A program made the translations under genes and the position numbers. Positions 58,345 to 64,000 of a stretch of 64,000 bases of DNA are shown in pieces. Source of the stretch: the human T2T-CHM13v2.0 reference genome, Homo sapiens. Within the stretch, counting starts at the first letter, position 1. Every line of letters starts with the position of its first letter. Under the pieces are notes generated by a model, which was given only the letters and a program-made list of their open reading frames with translations, ran no database searches and was not told the DNA's origin. Location of the stretch: assembly GCF_009914755.1 (NCBI RefSeq), contig NC_060931.1. One strand, written 5' to 3'.

Positions 58345-58769
58345 TTTTCATAATAAAAATGCATCCATGATCTGATGCAATTCAGCAGTGATAAATTGAA
58401 TGACTAGAAAAAAGCAGAAATGTAATAAATACTACAGATTATAAATACATGTGTAAAATATGGTAGGGAAAGGAACAAATGAATAGAATAAACATAGAAG
58501 AGTTATACAAAGCAGCAATATTATAATTTAAGCTTTACATGGACAAATTTTTCTTTGAAAAAATGATTTTTTGCATTGGCCCATTAATAAACATAGATAA
58601 ATAATGAACATGGCCAATTAATAATTCGTATGTTAAATATTATTTTAAAAACCCTCTTTACTATATTTAGTTTCAAGAATAAGTTTGTAAATAATCTTAT
58701 TTGAATAAAAAATGACAAGGTCAGTAACAGCTGGAAAGTGCCAACGAAGATTAAAAATAGCAAAGGTTT

Positions 58770-58896
58770 GGCTGAGGCAGGAGAATGGCGTGAACCTGGG
58801 AGGCGGAGCTTGCAGTGAGCCGAGATCCCGCCACTGCACTCCAGCCTGGGCGACAGAGCGAGACTCCGTCTCAAAAAAAAAAAAAAAAAAAAAAAA
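58770..58896 (+). mobile_element. 5'-truncated AluY (Ya5-type) right arm, antisense within the SLC13A1 3' UTR
   Basis: GAGATCCCGCCACTG variant, A24 tail, TSD agcaaaggttt (58759-58769, 58896-58906), and TT/AAAA target. Confidence 0.93.
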
Positions 58897-59054
58897 GCAA
58901 AGGTTTATTTTTTGCTTTGTCTTTTGTTGTATTTTTAGCATGAGAATTGCTGTGATATAACATCTGCATCTTTTGCTAACTGTGCACCTTACTTTGTTTT
59001 TGATCATTTTTCCTTTAGCTGAATTTTGGAATGCCAATAGCACTTACTCTTTAA

Positions 59055-59158
59055 AAATTTATTTATTGATATATAATATTTGTACATATTTTGGGGGTGT
59101 ATGTGATATTTTGCTACCTGTCTACAATGTGTAATTGTCACATCAGGGTAATTGGAAA
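59055..59158 (-). mobile_element. L1MA-type 3' terminal fragment in the SLC13A1 3' UTR
   Basis: ttgatatataatatttgtacatattttggggg...atgtgatattttg...tacaatgtgtaat...atcagggtaattgg. Confidence 0.7.
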
Positions 59159-60307
59159 CTCATTCTTTTTCGCATCCTCACTTCTAGAAGACTATTCTTA
59201 TCCCATTTTTGTTTAAATGTTTAGTTTTTTTCTTTTTGATTTGATTTTAAATCATTTATTTTTCTGTTTTGTAATACGTCAGCAGTTTTCATTCTTATTC
59301 TTTTTTCCTTCTTTTTTTCATTTTTTCATTGCAATGTTAACACACCAGAGTTATGTGATTTTTCTGTCTGTATACACAGTGATAATTCATTTAGATTTCT
59401 ACATCTCTTTATTTTTAACATATGACATTATGTATTTCTGAACTAAGATAAACACTTAAGCAAAGTTGTTACTCATATACGAAAATATGTTAATAGTTTT
59501 ATAGTGTTCAGCTTTCCTTTCTAACTATACTGTACTAATAGTGCAAATCATAGCAAGCCTTATCCATAGCTCTACAAAATGAATTTCTCAGTGTGCCAAT
59601 ATCATAAAAATATGAATTATATTACACTAACTATAGAGTTCAGTAGAAATAAATTCTTATCTGTAACTTTTCTGTTATTTAGTATATTCAGCCATAATTT
59701 TGGAATTAGTGCTTCAATCTCAATTTTCATATTACATGTATATATTAAGAATAATCCAATTGGATTTTTTAAATGAGGAAATGCACATATCATTTAGATT
59801 AAACTTTTCTCTTCATCACCAGATGACCATGGCTTTGATTTCTCAGCAAATTCTCTGGAACAACAATGCAGAAATGATTTATCCAAGTACCGAATTAACT
59901 TGTATATCTTATTTTCTATTTTTAGTTTCATGGGAAATTTCTGAAATAATAAATTGCATTTAAAATGTTACATTGAACTCCAACTGTAAGATGAAACAAA
60001 TGCTCTAATCTCTTTGAAGGTCAAGTTATAAATTATTCTTATGATGAAGCAAGTTGCAGATGGTTCATGAGCAAAATCTCAAAACATGGGCTTCTTGATG
60101 AAGGCACATAGATGCTCTTTAGTTGCACTGCAATAACAAATATGGACTCTGAGTTATAACAGCAGGTTTCGGGTATTCACGGGAATTGCAGCAGCTACAC
60201 CATAACTGATTTAAATGTGTGTCATTAGTTATTTAGAGCCACATTTTACAGTCAATCATTAATGTCTTCCAGAAATTACCGCAAGATAGTCAGAAATTTT
60301 GTGCTTA

Positions 60308-60445
60308 TTATGGCATGGTCTCATTACTCATAGCAGGAGCCCACGAAGGGTAAGTGTAGAGGTCAAACATGGGTACAATCCAAGTACATATGCCAAGCAT
60401 AACCACAGCAACACCAACAATGTTGACACCAAGTCCAGCTTTAAC
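60308..60445 (-). CDS. SLC13A1: SLC13A1 final coding exon (45 aa + stop)
   Basis: Acceptor ctctttcctgttcaag|GTT, with a branch-like CACTGAC at 60469-60475. Translates VKAGLGVNIVGVAVVMLGICTWIVPMFDLYTYPSWAPAMSNETMP followed by TAA TAA. The C-terminal N-E-T glycosylation sequon is typical of SLC13 members. Confidence 0.97.
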   Translation of the reverse strand, partial: VKAGLGVNIVGVAVVMLGICTWIVPMFDLYTYPSWAPAMSNETMP

Positions 60446-60569
60446 CTTGAACAGGAAAGAGCATAAATGTCAGTGTCCCAGAAGAAAGCCTACAGGAGAT
60501 TAGAATCCTATTGTAGGATGTATATGCCAAATTTACATGCATCCTAAATGATTAGTATAAATTGTCATT

Positions 60570-60676
60570 TTTTAAATTATACTTTAAGTTCTAGGGTACA
60601 TGTGCACAACGTGCAGGTTTGTTACATATGTATACATGGGTCATGTTGGTGTGCTGCACCCATTAACTCGTCATTT
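60570..60676 (-). mobile_element. Tiny L1PA 3' end (~105 bp) in the last SLC13A1 intron
   Basis: ttatactttaagttctagggtacatgtgcacaacgtgcagg...cccattaactcgtcattt, flanked by gtcattt(t/c)ttaaat repeats. Confidence 0.9.
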
Positions 60677-61072
60677 CTTAAATCCAGGGGTTCTTCTCCA
60701 TTCGTAGCAAGAGAAAAATCTGTCTCCAACTAAACATCGTTGAGTTGGAGATTCTCAGAGAAGTTCCTCTTAGGAATATACCTAAGTAATTCTGATTAGA
60801 GGAAAATCCCTTAGAAATCTGCCATTTCATGTTAAAGCAGAATTTCAGTTTTGTGGTTTTATATTTCAATGAATAAAATTCAGGACGCCATATGGCAACT
60901 GTATCTTTTATATTCACTCAACGTAATTGTTAATTTAACCTTCGATATTTTCTTATTGAGATTTTATGCCATGTCTATTATCTTTCTTAGCATTCTCATG
61001 GTTTTAGCTCTTATATCATTATTCTACAGTCCATTAAACAATCTCAGAGTTGCTTTGTATCTATTAAAATAA

Positions 61073-61268
61073 AAATTGGCAAATTACTGCCCTTGATTTG
61101 TTTTGGTAAATAAAGTTTTATTGGACCACAACTATGCTTATTTGTTTACATATTTTCTTTGCTTTCATGATACAATGGCAGAGTTGAGTAGTTGTGACAG
61201 AGAACATATGGCCCCACAGGGCCTCAAATATCATTTGCCTTTTTACAGAGAAAGTTTGCTTACTCCTG
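61073..61268. mobile_element. MER58A-like hAT-Charlie element (intronic)
   Basis: gtaaataaagttttattgga...tggcagagttgagtagttgtgacagaga...tttacagagaaagtttgc. Confidence 0.8.
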
Positions 61269-62261
61269 CATTCTCTGCATTAAAACATGGAGCCCTGAAG
61301 CAAAAGAGGAATACCTAGCAAGGGTGATAACAGATGCCCTCTTTCCTGTCCATGCAAGCCAGCCACTTATTTATCCCAGAATCCTGTTTTTATCCTTTTT
61401 AATACACATACATCAGGCATTACTTATATTCTATTATGCACGTTTTCCTTACCAAATGCATATTATTTTTGTGTAGAGGCAGTTCTAGAATGTTTATGTT
61501 GCAGGAGCTTAGGAACAGCAGTCTGTGTGAAAGAAAGGGAGCTGGGACTTATCTTGGAACTGTATTTGCATAGGAAGCTCACTAAATTTACTTTGGCTAT
61601 ATTATCATTTGGGTTGGTTTGGAAATTGGTGATGAAGATTTGGAAACTACTAGAATATTCTCAAGCCAGTTCTTATAAAGTACTGAATATTCTGCCAGTA
61701 CTTTTGTATTTGGCAAAAATGTGCATGCTTTATCAGTGAAATTCTTACTTATTGTTTGCTTGTGTTTTCACATTAGGTCCTGGTATTGAAATCACAACAA
61801 GAAAGATACTTCTTCATCAGTGAGGCACTGACTCAGTGTCTCATTCAGAGGAAATGTTGGTGCATAAATGTTTGTGATAGAAAATCACAGTGTTGTTTTG
61901 ATTGCTGATTTCTTTAACCCTATTTTTTCCTTTTGCCTGGATCAGTTTGGATCCTAGTGTTGACTTGTAGGTTTATGCTGTCGTGTGGAGCATGTTCAGT
62001 GCTCTTTTCCTTCGTCCAAAGCATTAATGATGCATTCAACATCTCTCTGTTTGTGACCGTAAGTTTTAATGGCATGTTCACTTCTGATAATCACTCTTAA
62101 AAACAATTTTGTGATTAGTCATGCACACTGCATTCATAAACAGAATTCAGGCCCTGCTTTTCCTGGTGGTTGATTGGTGTATAAAAGGGAAGATAATTCA
62201 AGACATGGCACACACCAAGATGTGTATTGGATTTGATAGTATTTTTTTTCAGCTAACTCAC

Positions 62262-62399
62262 CATGTCAATGACTTTCAGATGACCATATGAAAAGACAAT
62301 AGCATTGGGTGGATTTGCTACTGGTAGGAGGAATGCAAATGAAGTACACAGAGTAGAAGGTATCAGAATATAAAGAGGGTTCACATGAATGGCTTCGGC
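62262..62399 (-). CDS. SLC13A1: SLC13A1 penultimate coding exon (138 nt)
   Basis: Acceptor ...ttatctcttacaacag|GCC and donor ATG|GTGAGT. The 46 codons AEAIHVNPLYILIPSTLCTSFAFLLPVANPPNAIVFSYGHLKVIDM include the DASS FxLPVAxPPNAIV motif and continue the upstream exon in phase 0. The ORF track misses this exon. Confidence 0.97.
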
Positions 62400-62674
62400 C
62401 TGTTGTAAGAGATAAAAAAGAGTCTAAGTAAAATTTTGAGGGTAGACACGAAACATAAAAAAAAAAAAAGTATTACAATAAGCCTTCCCAGAAGCATGTT
62501 GGAACCTAATGATATAAAATTATATAAATTATTGCAGTTATAACTTGAATATTTTTAAGAAAATATCTCATCCTCTTGTTGTTGATACAGTTACAGATGC
62601 CCACTTAAACATTACAGTCCAGTTCATTTAGAAAATAAAATATTATTTATTCCAGAAACTAAACAAAAACAGCA

Positions 62675-62975
62675 ACCATTTATTACTTATCTATTGCTAG
62701 GTGTTGGGCTAAATGTTTACATATACGTATATATTCATATATTTACACATAATATAGTTTATAATATATAATAAATGTCACATATTTATATATATATTGA
62801 ATTTTTACAATGATCTTATGAGATGGCTACTATAACCTCAAATAACATAAAGAAACAGAGGCCCAGAGAGGCTAAAGTAACTTGTCCGAGCATACAGCTG
62901 GTGAGCAACAGAGCTCAGGTAGGTTTTCAAGTCCCTGTGGCTCCAGCAGTTCTCATTACACTAATAACTTTACTG
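62675..62975 (-). mobile_element. MIR (intronic) with an AT-rich insertion
   Basis: gaaacagaggcccagagaggctaaagtaacttgtccgagcatacagctggtgag. Confidence 0.7.
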
Positions 62976-63871
62976 CCTCTGTGATATATGCAATTTAAGA
63001 TTTGCTTAGGGTTCATCATATAAGAAGAGTTACTACTATTTTTAAATCAACACATAATTTTCTAACTGTTCCATGTTGAGAAATTTTAAAAAAGCAGAAA
63101 ACAACACAAAATGATATTGTACCAATATACACAGCCTACATTTTTTCTACTTTCAATCAGCAGCTTATGAACACCAACATATGCCCTTTGAGCTTGTAGC
63201 AGCATAATTCCAGAAAGACAATCCTTCTTAAAGTGCTTTCCTTTCACCAAACCAGTCCATCCCAATAAGAAAAACATTTTACTTAAAGCTGTTTCTTGTA
63301 ATTGCTACCTAGATTGAGAAAAGAAGAAAAGACATTCTTTCCCTCTCTCTTTTAGCAAACCCACTTACTTTTTAAAAATTCTTCCCTGGGCAGTAGAAAA
63401 CTGTCTAAGATATTTAAGCCTCAAGCCTGAAGTGTGAGCCTAGTTTTTCATTCATTTGCAAATCACTTATATGAACCACTTCTCAGAAATTTAGGAACAA
63501 TGTTTGAGAGGCAAAAGTGTCAGCGGTAGAGATCTAAATAATAAAGTTACCAGCAAACACTGAATTCCAAGTCTTACATCTGAAATGGATCTAGTCTGAC
63601 CCTCTCTCTTATTTATAACGAAAAAAGCTGGACTGAGAAAAAGTAAGTTGTTCACTTAAGATCATGCTGCTTGAACATGAAAACTTAAAAACAGTTACCT
63701 AGAGTGAAGGTCCCCTGAAAGCATTAATACAAATAAAGACCACCCTGTAAGTTACTTACAGGAGGCCCATTTAGACCAAAAGAGATTCCATACCACAACA
63801 TGAAAACCAGCATTCCGAAGCAGAGTACTGCTCTTAATGAAGAGTAAAAAGGGGATAAATGAGATACTCAC

Positions 63872-64000
63872 CAATGGAGATAATATTGGGAGAAAGAGTG
63901 TAATGGTAGCTGGATTGCTGGCTACCTCAGTTAAAGATGTCACCATCAAAGAAGATATCAGAATTATTAGCCATGCTGGTAATGAACCCAGAGGAGATAA
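63872..64000 (-). CDS. SLC13A1: SLC13A1 (NaS1 sodium/sulfate symporter), third-to-last coding exon, partial (continues beyond the window end)
   Basis: Minus strand translates in frame from 64000 as LSPLGSLPAWLIILISSLMVTSLTEVASNPATITLFLPILSPL, including the DASS-family TEVASN (second SNT-type) motif. A donor TTG|GTGAGT follows at 63871, phase 0. Confidence 0.96.

Larger units (their letters stand above)
58320..60307 (-). other. SLC13A1: SLC13A1 3' UTR (~2 kb; distal end approximate)
   Basis: AT-rich sequence after the stop codon. A minus-strand AATAAA at 58339-58344 gives a ~2-kb UTR, matching my recollection of a ~3.8-kb mRNA. The exact cleavage site cannot be determined from sequence alone. 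Confidence 0.7.

Noticed and set aside
63752-63949. ORF-track protein ending ...VSISFIPFLLF...ASCK
   Set aside because: Only the part through PILSPL is coding. The rest is read-through past the GTGAGT donor at 63871 into the intron.

Overview
Mammalian genomic DNA that is AT-rich and dense in repeats. The AluY/Ya5-type and L1PA content and the protein sequence point to human. The only protein-coding gene is at the right end, on the minus strand: the last three coding exons and ~2-kb 3' UTR of SLC13A1 (NaS1, Na+/sulfate cotransporter, DASS/SLC13 family). The exons were read by hand with GT-AG junctions, all in phase 0, and the protein ends ...PAMSNETMP*. The remaining ~58 kb is intergenic. It holds a near full-length L1PA5-like LINE-1 (24.1-30.2 kb), two older L1PA15/16-like elements, many L1M/L2/MIR fragments, six Alus, MaLR/ERV solo LTRs and MER/Tigger DNA transposons. 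Nearly all ORFs in the supplied track come from repeats or are chance ORFs. I see no evidence of a new multi-gene biological system. The most interesting signals are rearrangement and retrotransposition scars: a candidate spliced L1 (5' UTR joined at an ORF2 splice acceptor), an inverted 48-bp templated insertion at a deletion junction, a young AluYa5-type insertion in the SLC13A1 3' UTR, an N-terminally extended L1 ORF0-like frame, a recent 73-bp tandem duplication and a 22-bp perfect palindrome in a THE1 LTR. Repeat subfamily names come from recalled consensus motifs, not from a database search, and boundaries of old repeats are approximate.
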